A DNA stretch of 63,564 bases, filler included, from Octopus bimaculoides (GCF_001194135.2; 4 parts of 4 records of this genome joined end to end with filler, not necessarily neighbours in it), one strand, 5' to 3'; numbered from the whole stretch's first letter, positions 38,255-53,004 are shown. Made by a program: numbers and translations. The notes: generated by a model not told the origin, from the letters alone.

Positions 38255-39012
38255 GAAATGAAAGCAACGCCCTGCTAACAGTATATTATGGTTCCGAAAC
38301 GAAATATAGTGTCCGTACCAGCATTTGAAACAAATCATTATATGAGAAAGAAATATTGGCTTCAAATATCGGTACAAGGACAGCAATTTAGAATGGAGGG
38401 CAATAGTAGGTTACATTGGCCCAGTGCTAAAATGGTATTTATTTTATCGACCTCAAAAAGATGAAAGTTATATTTGGTGTTGGTGGAATTTGAACTTGGA
38501 ACGAAAAAGACGGAAGCAACGTCGCTAACTCTTTTGTCCGATTTGTTAATGATTCAGCCAGCTCACTGCCTCAGAAACACAGGATATTAAATTACATCTA
38601 TATGCCGAAATGTCATGGAAATGTACCAACGAAAGAGCAGCTATGTGGTCGTGTAATTTATTGAAATAGAAGTTAAATCTCTTACTACAGTCTATTTACT
38701 TTTTTTGTTTTTCTTTTAAAGAAAACACATCGTATGGTATTGTTTTAGATATGCTATAAATAATTTTAAAAATAGGTACTGAACGCTGTACACAAAATTC
38801 TTAATGAGTTAATTTTTTTATTAGCTGGAGAAAGAAAACAAAAACTTAACGGCAATAGATAGGGAGTCTGAAAGAATAGGAAAGATAATTTCGAGAAACT
38901 AAAAATTTCTCCCTCACAGCCCCATCATCATCATTATCAACAATAACAGCAGCAACAACCACAGCAACAGCAATAAGAACATCATTTCTGCTCATCATCA
39001 TCATAGCCGTTT

Positions 39013-39072
<60 letters not shown>

Positions 39073-39078
39073 GTAGTT

Positions 39079-39134
<56 letters not shown>

Positions 39135-39162
39135 TGTAGTAGTAGTAGTAGTAGTAGTAGTA
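39013..39162. repeat. (AAG)n-(TAG)n compound microsatellite
   Basis: Direct reading. Confidence 0.95.
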
Positions 39163-40929
39163 TCTGTGCAGACCAATAGCAACTGTAGTGATGTTTCGGT
39201 TTATTTTCTAAATGTCTTCAAAAAGCCGAGATGGTCGACTGACTTTTGTTTACAGGTATGCTCATTTAGTGCCATCTGTGGACTATATGACAAAAACAAT
39301 ATAGTTGTTATCGAAGAATTCTTATCAATTTCAAAAATGGAACTCAAACGGGTGCTACATTTTTTTAAGCATTACATCATGTTCAAAGAAAAATAATACT
39401 TTTTTTTTTGAGAATTCGTAAAAATGTATCCAATGTTACACGGTAATTGCCTCACTGTTGACCTGTTTATTCCCATGCTGAAAGGAAATACCCGCCAAGG
39501 AACCAAAATTATTTGAAATATTGAATCTACTGAATACTGAGAAGATCTGAACAGAAGAACGATCTGAAGAAGTATTATAGAAAAAAGGAAAAGAAAAGAA
39601 AACTGGAACTAAACGTATCCAATCAACATAAATTGATGACACAAAATCATTTTCATCGAACAGATAATTCAAAAACAAGTAATTTTATTCAGCTTGGCAG
39701 ACATAGAAGTGAGGACGATTCTCATCAAATTTCTTCTGATATTGTGGGACAAATGGCAACCGAGATCTGTGAAAGAGTTGAGCTCGTTTCTGAACAGAAA
39801 CAGATGTGAAATGATGATCTGTCACTTCTAAATCTCAGATATTGTGGAGAAAGATCGGGAGGCGAGAGAGAGACACAGAGAGAGAATAAAAGAGGAAGAG
39901 AGATTAGAGTTATGACGTTATGATCAAAGGTTTGTATCCATTGAAGTTTGTCACAAATCTCCCAACTCTAGAAGAAGAAGAAGAAGAAGAAGAAGAAGAA
40001 GAAGAAGAAGAAGAAGAAGAANNNNNNNNNNNNNNNNNNNNNNNNNNNNNNNNNNNNNNNNNNNNNNNNNNNNNNNNNNNNNNNNNNNNNNNNNNNNNNN
40101 NNNNNNNNNNNNNNNNNNNNNNNNNNNNNNNNNNNNNNNNNNNNNNNNNNNNNNNNNNNNNNNNNNNNNNNNNNNNNNNNNNNNNNNNNNNNNNNNNNNN
40201 NNNNNNNNNNNNNNNNNNNNNNNNNNNNNNNNNNNNNNNNNNNNNNNNNNNNNNNNNNNNNNNNNNNNNNNNNNNNNNNNNNNNNNNNNNNNNNNNNNNN
40301 NNNNNNNNNNNNNNNNNNNNNNNNNNNNNNNNNNNNNNNNNNNNNNNNGAGGAGGAGGAGGAGGAGGAAAACCTTAAAAAGGAAAATGCAAAACTAGAGA
40401 GCCGTATAACTTCCATGTCGATATTGTCAAAATATCGTGACGTTTTATCTGATTACTCTGTGAAATGTTTTTGGTATTTTATTTTTCCTTTTTTATAAAC
40501 AATTAATAAGTTTGTCTACTGGCTATTTAAAAGAGTAGTGGAATATTGAATGTTGGGTTCATGCTTCTCATGATAAAATGGGCTCACACTATAGAATAAA
40601 ATATTGATTCCTGCTTCAAAAGACTTCCTTTACTATTCTTAGTTTATTCAACAGGGTTAAATTTCCATTCTTATAATAATGATTATATCTGAAAATCTTG
40701 CCTTTTACGAATAGTTAGAAAAGAGATAAATATGATTTAGTGAAGCTGGTGTGTAAAGGTGAAATCCAATGATTTATATATTTGAGACAGGATTGTATGA
40801 AACAGCACCAAGGTCAGAGTTGGCATCTGTAACTGAGATACGAACTCAACTTATTACACGATACGTCATTTGTAATGTCTTTGGTTCGCAAACAGTAATA
40901 AATAACTTTTTTTAAATTTTACCACTCAG

Positions 40930-41170
40930 AATAAGGCCTAGGACTCCTAGGGCTGGTTACCCAGTTTCTATAGCGTATAAGTAGCCGAGATTACAACTTC
41001 CCCTCTCAACGAACCGTCGCAGGTCTATTCATTTACAGCTGAATAGACTAGGACAACGTGAATTGAAGTGTTTTGCTCGAGAACACAAGGCACCGTCTGC
41101 TCCAGAATTTGAAACCCCGACCATGCGATCGTGAGTACAACACTCTAACCACCAGGCCTTGCGACTTCAC
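40930..41170 (-). mobile_element. SINE family E
   Basis: Reverse strand: GGCCTGGTGGTTAGAGTGTTGTACTCACGATC...GGTTTCAAATTC...TTGTGTTCTCGAGCAAAACACTTCAATTCAC...CAGCTGTAAATGAATA. Confidence 0.7.
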
Positions 41171-41273
41171 ATAACTCAGAATATACGATTTTGCTTAGCA
41201 CTCTGAAATAGATATATCGCGGTTATGGATAAGTTTATAATCTATCTATTTATAGACTACTAAAACTTTGTGA

Positions 41274-41307
<34 letters not shown>

Positions 41308-42142
41308 TCGTGTGTGTTTGTGTGCTTGCTTGCGTGCGTGCCTGTCTGTAATTTAATACAGCCATACCGGCTCATAATGGGAAAATACTCTGAAAGTAAG
41401 GACCCCTGAAACGTGAATACAAACGGAATAAAGTAAATTTCGCGTAAATCGGACCACGGATTCCCGAGATACATTTTGGGGAGTACCTTCATAAATACTC
41501 CGAAAGTAACATAACCTTGAAATGGGAATATACAATACTGTGAAAATTGTTTCCATTAACTTTATGGTTACGTTATATAACAATTCTTTTTGCATTTTTG
41601 TAGACGTGTGCACATATGTCATAAATAACTGCTGTTACTGGAGTTCAAGTTTATCCCGGAAGTTATATTTCTATTATATGCTCTAAATAATCAATAAAAC
41701 CTTAAACACGAACTTGTAAACCAGACCTATGATGATACGAACGAATTGAAATATTTAACTGAAACATCATAAAATTAACTTTCATTTCAATGCAATGTTG
41801 AAATCAGCTTCCATGTTTTATAATCTGAACTGTCAGTGTCCCAACAGGTCACGGGTAGTCTAGTTAACACTAAATCTTTATGGAAAGTGTAAAAGATATA
41901 AAATGAAAAGAACAAAAGAAAATTAAAATATTTCCTGTCGAATAGTATTAAATGTTTTTGTGGGGTATAGAGGAAGGGGCACTTCCCGTAACTTACTGGT
42001 GAAATCGAATCTGATAAAAATACTTTTTCACCGATAGTTAGTATCTTATAATAAATAAAAATCATTTATTGAATTAAGTATCTACCAATAAGAAGATGAC
42101 AAACCCACTGCTAGAAATCAAACTATTTACCAATGTTACAGT

Positions 42143-42530
42143 GGAGGCGCAATGGCCCAGTGGTTAGGGCAGCGGACTCGCGGTCATAGGATCGCGGTTT
42201 CGATTCCCAGACCGGGCGTTGTGAGTGTTTATTGAGCGAAAACACCTAAAAACTCCACAAGGCTCCGGCAGGGGATGGTGGCGAACCCTGTTATACTCTT
42301 TCACCACAACTTTCTCTCACTCTTTCTTCCTGTTTCTGTTGTGCCTGTAATTCAAAGGGTCAACCTTGTCACACTGTGTCACGCTGAATATCCCCGAGAA
42401 CTACGTTAAGGGTACACGTGTCTGTGGAGTGCTCAGCCATTTGCACGTTAATTTCACGAACAGGCTGTTCCGTTGATTGGATCGACTGGAACCCTTGACG
42501 TCGTAAGCGACAGAGTGCCAACAACAATAA
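42143..42530 (+). mobile_element. SINE family B, full length
   Basis: A/B boxes, (CAA)n tail, 12-bp TSD TACCAATGTTAC at 42128-42139 and 42533-42544. Confidence 0.92.
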
Positions 42531-42623
42531 CATACCAATGTTACGATTGATGCAGTATAAATGAAAATGCAATTAGAGTTCTCTCTCCCCCTGTCTGATT
42601 TTATGCCACTTCCACTCACACCA

Positions 42624-42671
<48 letters not shown>

Positions 42672-43717
42672 CTCGTCATCTGTATTATGTCCATCCTACT
42701 AGATTCTTCACTAAGCACTACACTCAGTTCCCTTCTCTCCCAGAGCATCATCCGACTGGAATCCCTACCGACTCATTTTTTTTTATTGCCGTTGATTTGC
42801 AAACGTTTGAGGATGTTAACCATACTGACCATACCTGTCTAAGAGGGTCTGCGAAGGCACCGGTCACAACGCCTTCCTACTAACGAAACTGATAAGCGAA
42901 AAAGACAATAAAAAGATGTAATTAAGTTAGACATATATTTGTGGGATATCCGTTTTCCTCTTTACACGAATCCCATAGCACAGGATTACATATTCGGACT
43001 GTTACCTAATATTCTGTTGAACCCTTATTGCGATAACCATCGGTAAGATCGGTCGTAATCGATATATAATATTGTACTGTTCCCTTATTGATAAGATAAA
43101 AAAAAAAGTACTTCATTCAGCGAAAGATAAACAGCGTTTAATCATTTCGAGCTTGAAGGACTGCAGGATGGTACACGACACATTACACAAGCTCATTCGA
43201 TTACTGTTCTATGGGAATATAAGACTCGCAGCATTTTGAGAACAATACTCTGAAATCTTATTATATGGAAATTGAAATGACTAAGATAGCTCACCAGGAT
43301 TTTACATCCTGTTCAAAAGTACATACCATCTACCTTTATAGTAAATTAATGCAATTAACGTACAATAACTTTTTTTTGCATTCCTAAAATGTGACAGAAC
43401 AAACCACCATACCCGCTTGGTGGTCTCGAAAGTTAGATGTCATTTTCACATGACAAACTAAAGTTCAGAAGTATTAAATCAGCAGGGTATCTTAGCACTG
43501 TTTTCCCCTTTTAACACACGTCTCAGCCTAGATTCCACTGGTCCTTGGATTGACTGTTGACGATAACACTGTGACAGCAGTGTCGTTGGAACGTACTAGT
43601 AATTATCTGAAATATGAATATGCTTCTCTAACAATCTAACGATCGATCGCAGTGGCGTGAAACTCGAGTCGCGATACAAACTCTCAGCTTCAGATTTAAT
43701 TTAAAAAATGTGAGGGA

Positions 43718-43821
<104 letters not shown>

Positions 43822-44887
43822 TTGTGTGTGAGTAGGTGTCTTTGTGTTTGTTTCCCTACAGGTTGACTTCCATTGTTGGTTTGTTTATGTTCCCATAGCA
43901 GTTCGGCAAAGGGCCGATAGAATAAGTACTCGACTTTAAAAAAAATATTTGGAGCAATTTGATCGCCTAAACTTTTCAAAGAGATGTTCTAGCGTGGTCA
44001 CCGTCCAATGAGTGAAATAATAGAAAGAAGAAAATAAGATGTTGATTGTCAAAATCGTTTGACCTTCGGGACAACATATTCAGTATGTAGTTACGGCTCT
44101 TCTCATCTTGATATGCTCTTTGCTTTTGATTTCTCAAGTGTCTATAAAATAACGACTTTTCGAGTATTGCATTTGGTATGTTCGTCTGTTCTCCATGGAA
44201 TGATTGTTAAGCTATTGTTCATTTATCCGCACTAGAGCGGCGTAAGAGACTGAGATCTTTGTTGATAAATCATTAGTATGCTATGGCTGCTTTTTTAATT
44301 TAAGCCTACTAATTTAAACGGTTGCAGTTTGTTATGTCACTTTGGTGTAGTGACTGATAGCACAGCCATAACATTTACATGATATGTATGCGTAAGTGAG
44401 ATAGCAGCCTCACTAACAGTTAATATATTTAAGCTAATTATGCACGTTACCTACATAGAAAGCCCAGTTTTTTTTATTCCTTTCTCTATCGCTGATTCGT
44501 TAAACTATTAGGTTGTATGTGTTCGTATTTTATAGGGGATATACCAGGCAGCTGACTGTGCCTCATTCATATGTCACCAAAGGGATCACGCTCAATTCTC
44601 TAGTCCACAAACATTATAAAATGTATAAAGTTGCTTTTTCATTAGAAACAAAGATCATAAATTTTTCGGGAAATAGGAAAATGAAGAGTCATGATGTTTT
44701 TTTTTAAGTTTGACTGTGTACAACCCAACATGACAACCCCAGCATTCTTTCAAGGATTGCATATCTAGGACTATATTGTTCAATATGTTCCTCCCATTTT
44801 GACTGAGGTAGGGTATAATTTGAGGGGGATTTGGCTGCTTTTCTAGCATATCGAACGAGCGAATACGCAGAAGCTGGCCACGATTCC

Positions 44888-44923
<36 letters not shown>

Positions 44924-44992
44924 TTTTCTTTCTCTCTCCCTCTCTCTTTACCTTTCTATCTCGCTACCTATCTTTCTCTATCTCTCACACTT

Positions 44993-45059
<67 letters not shown>

Positions 45060-46010
45060 CTTCATCTCTCGTTCTCTCCTTTCCTCACACTCCCCAGTGT
45101 TTGTATATTACATACATTACTTACGTAACTATATACAATGAATAAGAAAGAGGTTATATACAGTATGTTTATTGTCGTTTCAATTGTTGCATATTGTTCA
45201 ATCACCAGTTACGCTTGACTATCCCCAGCAATGACTATCCTATTTTCAGACATAATATTCCCAAGACAATAATATTTTATATGTATTCCTATGATTAAGA
45301 CGGCAGGATATGATTTTATGGCTCTTTGGCTTTTTTTTTCTAGCAGGTCGAGTGCCCGCGTTAAGGTTCATACTTCGGTACCTACTCTAAAGTTCATGAA
45401 ACGAAAGTTGTTGATATTATTATTAGTACAGTGAAGGCGTGCAGAATCGCGAGACTAAATGCTTAGCGATATTTCGTCTGTCTTTACGCTCCGAGTTCAA
45501 ATTCCGCCGAGGTCGACTTTGCCTTTCCTCCTTTCGGAGGTTATGTTGTTATGGTTATGTTTGGGATCAAGGTACTGGATGCCAAACTCAGTAGATTTCT
45601 TGATTTCTGAAAGTCTTCAAGCTGGCGACCGTACCTCTGCGAAATTGTTCGACCTGCTAAAAATCACAGCCTACAGCCTCCCTAAAATCACATCTTGCAA
45701 GCTTAAAAAATACGCACAGGATAATGTCGTCTTGGATTCCTTGAACATAGAAAATAAATGAAATAATCACGAATGGAGTACTTCTTTTCATGGGCCTGCT
45801 CGAATTGGGTTGGCCTCGAATTAAACGGCAATTAAAAGTCTTTCCTCGTTTACTTCTGTGTTATTTATAATTCATAGAAGCGGTTTTATCATTGGTGTTT
45901 TGTATTTATATAAATTGTAGTCTTGGATTTATAAAAACTGTAGTCTTGAATTTATGTTTGAAATTAATCCATTTTCAAAGCTTTGGGGTAGAAGAACGAA
46001 TAGTGTGAAA

Positions 46011-46460
46011 CAGGGGTTCCCAATCATCGGACTGCAGGGAAAGAATATATATTTTTAATTTTGAGTTGTATATATATTACATTGTAATAGCAGTAGAAAG
46101 AAGAGCACTACGTAATAATAAGGCAGTGGACTGGCAGAATCGTTAGCACCCCGAGTGAACTGCTACGCGGCGTTTAGTCCGTCTTTACATTTTGAGTTCA
46201 AATTCTTCTGGAGTCGTCTTTGCCTTTCATCTTTTTGGGTTGCTACTTGAGCACTGTGGTCAATGTAATGACTTACCCTCTCCAAAAATTGCTGACCTTG
46301 TTCAAAAATTTGAAATTGATATAAATCTATTATATATGTGATAATTAAATTAATTATTATGTACCTTATCGTTTTGCTATATGCGTGCTTCCCTCGGCCC
46401 GTGGAAAATCTGTCTTACATGAAATAAGTCCGTGGTGCAAAATAAGTTTGGGGGCCGTTA
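46011..46460. mobile_element. hAT-Charlie-like MITE with a nested family A SINE (about 46120-46320)
   Basis: Left CAGGGGTTCCCAA; right CGGCCCGTGGAAAATCTGTCTTACATGAAATAAGTCCGTGGTGCAAAATAAGTTTGGGGGCCG resembles MER1/Charlie-type ends; TSD only 5/8. Confidence 0.5.
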
Positions 46461-46714
46461 GTATAGAACACAAAATTTAGTTTCACACCTTCCCCCTCTC
46501 CCCGCCCACTTTACGTCTTAAATTAATGTCCCATGATATCGCTTTAACCCTTTATCGTTTAATGAACGATTAAATGAAATATTTGCCAAGTACAAGGAAA
46601 AGAGGTAAATTAAATCGAATTATTCTTCTACTGACTAAAAATAAAATTGATACACTTGAGTCTATTTCAGAAATTAATTACTGCTGGAAATATTCTCTAG
46701 GTATAAGAATAATG

Positions 46715-46945
46715 GTGGGAATGCGTGGCTTTGTGGTTAGAGTGCTGGAATCATGGGCCGGGCGATGCGTTGGGTTCTTGAGCAAAACACTTCATTTCAC
46801 GTTGCTCCAGTCCACTCAGCTGGCAAAAGTGAGTTATCCTGCGATGGACAGGCGTCTCCTCCAGGTTGTGGAATACGTACACCATGGCAACCTGGAAACT
46901 GGCCCTATGAGTCTATATGACTCAGGGATGGAACTATCAGAATAA
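46715..46945 (+). mobile_element. SINE family E
   Basis: GGGTTCTTGAGCAAAACACTTCATTTCACGTTGCTCCAGTCCACTCAGCTG domain. Confidence 0.7.
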
Positions 46946-48176
46946 TGAGTAGATTGTGGCACTTAATTACACTACTTTGAGTTCTGAGTTCGAATTTCTT
47001 AGCGTTCGACTTTTTTTTATTTCATCCTTTGGGGAAACCGAAAGGAAAAAAAAAGTAGCCCCAGTCAAGTACTGGAATCGATTTAATCGACTACACACAC
47101 ATACATCTACCCCACTCTACTCCCAACCCTCCGAAAAATGCGTGGCCTTGTGCCAGAATTAGTAACTACTATTTGTATTATTGTATTTGTTATTTCTCAC
47201 TCGTTACTTTCTGGGTGTAACAAGGAAATAAACTAGAGTAAAAAAGAAATAAATAATTTTAAAAAAATAAAGAAAATGTTAGAGAAGAAAGAGTGAAAAG
47301 CTTCTTTTTTTTCTTCTTCTATATATTTTTGTTTACTTGTTTTGCTTGCTAGTTGTTTTTATGTATTTATTTTAAATACAATTTAAAAAGAGAAAGGAAA
47401 AGAATTTCACGCTAGCTGTGTCTTTGACGTTTAATGTAGCTCAACTTTCAGGTGTCAATTATTAAGGTAGATAGAACCGTGGGAACCACTCCTGTTGAAC
47501 CAGCATCTAGCCTCGTAACTGCGCCTGACTTGTCCTGCTTAGCTAATTTATGGGAAAGTTTTTCAGTCTTTTCGGCTTAAGTCTTGCTGTTTGTTATCGC
47601 TCATGTTGTTGTGCTTGTTAGTTGGTAGTGTTATTGTTATTTTCGTATTCTTATTGCTGTAGCAGCTCTTCTTGTTCTTCTTGTTCTACTGTTGCCATTG
47701 TTACTTTTGTTGATGTCACTATTATTGTTGTTGTTGTTGTTGTCTTTACAGTCGTTGCTTGTTGTTGATATTATTCTTGTTTTCGTTCGTGTTGTAAACA
47801 GTTTTGAGGTATACGGGTGAGAGTAATAAGGGATATACTGAGGCGTGATAGCCTTCGGATATTGACTCTTTTTCGAGTCTCCTTGTGACATGTAGCAAAG
47901 TGCAGTAGAATACAGTGATATGTAATATTGATGTTAGCATGCAAGGCATCGCAAGCGAAGAGGTTTCGTACTATTAAAATACACACTTAGCAACAACAAA
48001 AATCATCTAAATTACCAATTCTTATCCAAAAGCGCAAGGGAGACAACCCATTTTGTTGTTAAGTCTAATAAGTCCCAAACATGTTCAGAGTTGTTAAAAT
48101 ACTGCTAAAGATCAAATTCATCTTTTATTGTAGTCCCATTAAATTATATTTAATTAAAGTTTTTCGGTATTCTCTT

Positions 48177-48219
<43 letters not shown>

Positions 48220-49869
48220 ACATCACCGCTTGACAACTGGGGTTGGTGTGTTTACGTCCCCGTAACTTTCGGCTCGGCCAAAAGAGACCGATTGAATAAA
48301 TATCAAGCTTAGGAAAACAAAAAATAAATAAATTCTTCAAGGAGGTGCCCCAGCATTGCCGCAGTCTAATGACAGAAACAATGATCAAAGATAGCAAGCG
48401 TCTTTGAGTATTTTCCTCCAGTCAGTCTCTGTAACGTAATAAATTTGTAGTGTAAAGTAACATAATCTTGTGTGGAGTAGCGTATTGTAACGTATTGACG
48501 TCGTCTGATAAGTATGAAGTTTAGAGTAGCGCGGTGTAGTGTGGTAACCATATTGTCATAGAGGATATAATAGTGTTAGTGTAGTAATTTAAAGTTTAGA
48601 TTAGTGCAATGCATTCTGAGTCATGCAAGTTAGTGTAAGCTTAGATTTAAAGTTGCTTTTGTTGTTCAAACCCAGGTCAATACTAATCGAGCAGACCTGA
48701 TAAAATTAATTCTATTTGTATCCATCTTGTATTTCATGATTTTCAAAGAGTACATTATCAAATGTGCCTCTACTTTTTTAAGATGATTCACAGGATGAGT
48801 GACTGTGTAAAGATGTTCTCATTGATTCAAGCAGACCATTGATAACTCATTCCCTCTGGAGTCGTCTCTTATATTACGGCTTGTTTTAAAGGTGATTATG
48901 ATTTTGAAGGTAGTTTTGCTGCTATTACTTGCAAGCCGAGTGAGTGACTGTGTAAAGGTTCTTTCATTGGTTCATTTAGAATAGTATAGTGTAATACAGT
49001 TTTATAAATCCAAAGAAACAGTAACACTTACTTGATTATTGTTTAAAGGTATCCGAATATGCAACTGCTTGTAAGCAGAATCAGATGCTCGGATTATCCT
49101 CCCGTCTTACGTTTATTACATTCATCCAACTTTCATACAATTTTCTAGATATCTTTCGTAGCCCTTACTCTCCAACGCAAAGGATATTCGAAGATAATGT
49201 TAATATTAACGACATGACCTGTACTTCGTTATTTAAGTGTATATTATATTAAAGCCGCCACTTTTTGTCGTTTCTGTCGCTACTATAATAAATAGTTCCT
49301 AGCAAGTATTGCATCTTCACACCTCGAGTACTTCCAGCCCACTCGTTTATCCACCTCTCGTTTCCTTTGGTTCGTCCAAACTTCCTTTCCCTGCACTATC
49401 CACTACACCACCCGCCCCTGGAATATCGGTCTTCTTGAATCCCTCCGCTCATATCTTTCCTGCAGGCATTGATCTATAATAGTTTAAACAGCACATTAAC
49501 AGCATCGACCTTACCAATACCGGAAGGCCTGCAAGAGTTCTGGGCTCGACTCTTCCCTCAACATTCAGCAAGTAAAAAACAAACATGAAGGAAAACGAAA
49601 AACATTGAGTACAATGAGGTCTTAACATGAATAATTATTTGAGAGCCCTTAAGATTTCATAATTCATAAAAGAATATTTGATTCGACTTCTTTCTACACA
49701 AACAATTATATTTACATATTCTAATTCCCACAAATAAGGGTATCATATAACTTCTAAAAGGTTGTAAGAAACTTGTGGGAGAAGTGGATAGTAGAATGCT
49801 TTCAGAAAAGTCCCCACTCTTTATGCAAGTGTTTCGACCTTTAACTCCTTACATTTTAACTTAGGATAC

Positions 49870-50697
49870 TTGGTCCCATCCGGGTCATTACTTTTGGATA
49901 CCCTTCTTCTGTTACATTTTGAATTAATCTGAGTATGATCCTACACTCTCCAGTTTGGTCAGATGCCCGAAAGCCATTACTTTGCTATGAGAGACCAGTT
50001 GTACGTAGGGTTTGTTATGCATTCTGAAATTCACTTTCTTTCCTCGTTGATGAAATCCAGTTGTCAGTCATTTCGGCTCTCTTCTACTACTGACTCTGAG
50101 AGTCTAGTCCTTTTTCTTTCCGGAAATTAAGAACTGTATCATCGGATCAAAGGTAGATTCGCCTATAAATCCTCTTGGTGCCACCACAGTTGCAAAATTG
50201 GCGTAATCGTCAGATTATCTCAAATTGTTGACTAAATTGGCATCTTTCTCAGTCTTGTAGATGCAGGCTCTTCGCATCTGATTTCATATGGCACGGTGAA
50301 TTCAAGTAGAATTATTTATTTCCATGAAAGTGAGTAGAGTACAATATCCGGTTCCATACCGCTCTTGTTGAAAATTTCTCGGGTGATATTTTCCATTCTG
50401 GAATGACTGCTGTGCACCTCTGACCATCCACTCTATCGTATACACCACACTTCCATGAACTGAATGGTACATTTGCTTCAAGATACAATTTTCTGTCATC
50501 TGAACTTTACAAGATTGGTGAAGCTTCTTGTGATGTGATCCTTCTTTTCACGGTAAAAACTGGTTCTACTGTCTCTTTAAGCAGTATGTTTCCATCTGTA
50601 CTTTCCTTTTTCCGCAATTTGTTTGAGCTTACGACGTGCACCTCTGTTTTCCTTGAGAAATTGGGCATAAGGGCCTATCTGATTCACCACCAGGGTA

Positions 50698-50738
<41 letters not shown>

Positions 50739-51060
50739 TTAGGATTAAACTGATTCTGAGAGGGGCTATATGTCATATACCATTCAGTCTAAAACTTCTT
50801 TGCGGTGCACTTTCCCACGTCATCATTAGTACCAGTTCGCACAATAGCACAGTCCCCCGGATTCTTTTTTGCAGACTTTTCCCCCTTTACTTCCGAAATT
50901 ACTATATCTTCGTTTGTTTTCTATTCTGCCTTTGACTGCCACTCCATAGAGTCCACTTGTTTCTTATTGATTTGCGTCTATCGTAGTATTTATCTAACCT
51001 TAGAGCTCTCTTTTTCGCAGTCACCATCTTCCAAAATTTCCATTTACTGTCAGTTTTCCC
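49870..51060 (-). mobile_element. HERO-like RLE non-LTR retrotransposon, decayed C-terminal region and 3' UTR
   Basis: Minus-strand remnants WESAPQRSFRLNGI*HIAPLRIS, GKYRWKH, GMEPDIVLYSLSWK*IILLEFTVPYE (PD..E nuclease motif, 50285-50360) and APRGFIGES; many stops and frameshifts; (TA)n inserted at about 50697-50735. Confidence 0.65.
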
Positions 51061-51495
51061 CTTGAGCTGGATTTCTCTTCAGTTCGAAATAAATGTTTTC
51101 TTTTTCACATGTCTTTAACATTATGTCGACATCTTCTGCGCGACTGATTTCAGCAATTGTGCATTGCTTCTTTTATCTGTCCCTGACAATTATCTCTCAT
51201 GCATGCAATTTACTGAAGTCTTAACAGGGATAGCCCACATGTATTCTTTCATATGGATCGTTATGCTCCCCACCACATCATCCTAGCTTCTTATATTTGT
51301 CACCTCGGGATTATCTTTTCTACGGATTTTGTTTTATAAGGCTCTAGCCACGACATATTATCTCATAGGCTGGTAATACCGTTATGACATTTTCGGACAG
51401 CCACTTAATATGTCGGCGACATCATCAATGTTATTTCCACACAGCCTACATTAATTGTCACATCTAAGTCATGTACCTGCTTCCCTAACCGTGTT
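51061..51495 (-). mobile_element. R4/Dong-like RLE retrotransposon fragment (CCHC knuckle and nuclease)
   Basis: CRLCGNNIDDVADILSGCPKMS..YYQ ... W.IPVKT ... CTIAEIS.AED ... EKENIYFELKRN; heavily mutated. Confidence 0.6.
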
Positions 51496-51545
51496 GTGGT
51501 ATTTTGTGGTTATTTTCTATTCTCTCTCTTTCTATTTCTCTCTCT

Positions 51546-51584
<39 letters not shown>

Positions 51585-51610
51585 TTTTCTTTCTCAGTCT
51601 CTCTCACTCT

Positions 51611-51645
<35 letters not shown>

Positions 51646-52172
51646 TGTGTGTGTGTNNNNNNNNNNNNNNNNNNNNNNNNNNNNNNNNNNNNNNNNNNNN
51701 NNNNNNNNNNNNNNNNNNNNNNNNNNNNNNNNNNNNNNNNNNNNNNNNNNNNNNNNNNNNNNNNNNNNNNNNNNNNNNNNNNNNNNNNNNNNNNNNNNNN
51801 NNNNNNNNNNNNNNNNNNNNNNNNNNNNNNNNNNNNNNNNNNNNNNNNNNNNNNNNNNNNNNNNNNNNNNNNNNNNNNNNNNNNNNNNNNNNNNNNNNNN
51901 NNNNNNNNNNNNNNNNNNNNNNNNNNNNNNNNNNNNNNNNNNNNNNNNNNNNNTTTATACCACACTAACCTTCCATCACATCCTGTTTCTTTATCCTTCT
52001 TTTTCATTTCCATTTTTACTTCCCTGTTCTTTCTTTTCATCTCTTTACTTGTGGAGAAATTTTTCACCTTCCTTATTTTCTTTCTCTTCATTTCATTTCC
52101 TTTTCTCTATTTTCTTATTTTTATTAGTTTTCCGACACACACACTCGCACACACGCACATATGCACACGCTT

Positions 52173-52209
<37 letters not shown>

Positions 52210-52881
52210 CATATTCACTCGCGTGCATTTTCTCTTCGTATATTTCCTCTTTTTTTTCAGAAACTTTAACCATCCGAAGGTTCAAAGTTTTTTTCTGTTC
52301 TCCTTTTAAGCATTAAACTGATACCTTGTCCTTCGTTGTGAATGTATGTTTGTATCTATGTATGTTTACAAGTACCAAAACAGGAGATTTAAAAAAGTTT
52401 GCTATTATTTATTCCCCAATACACAGGTTTCATTTGCTAATTGGAGCTACAAAATCGTACATGTAGGAAAATTATGTAAGGCATCTCCTATTTGAAATTC
52501 TTCTGACAAGAATCTAATAACATTTTATTACTATTATTTGATTCTTTGCCTGAAGTATTTCTAATAGAATATATCTTACATGTTTGTCCTACATGTACAA
52601 TTTTGCAACTCCTATTAGGAAATGAAACACGAGTAATGGTGAAAAAATAATGCCAAAAATGTTTCCACTATCCTCTTTTGATATGTAATTACTCTATAAA
52701 AGTTATTTTCCAGTATTTTTCAACTCTTATGCATGCCTCACACAATCATAACATTATTGAATACACACACACACACACACANNNNNNNNNNNNNNNNNNN
52801 NNNNNNNNNNNNNNNNNNNNNNNNNTTAATTAATTAANNNNNNNNNNNNNNNNNNNNNNNNNNNNNNNNNNNNNNNNNNNN

Positions 52882-52914
<33 letters not shown>

Positions 52915-53004
52915 CAAAAGTTAGACAGAGAAGGGAAAAATAAACAATACTCGGCAAAAACATAATGGACAGAAAAAGGATATACATATATAGACCATAG
53001 CTAT

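Noticed and set aside
39534-39809. 91-codon stop-free + strand stretch (..KKYYRKKEKKRKLELN..QMATEICERVELVSEQKQM)
   Set aside because: No convincing acceptor or homology, partly A-rich low complexity; several such stretches are expected by chance in a window this size.
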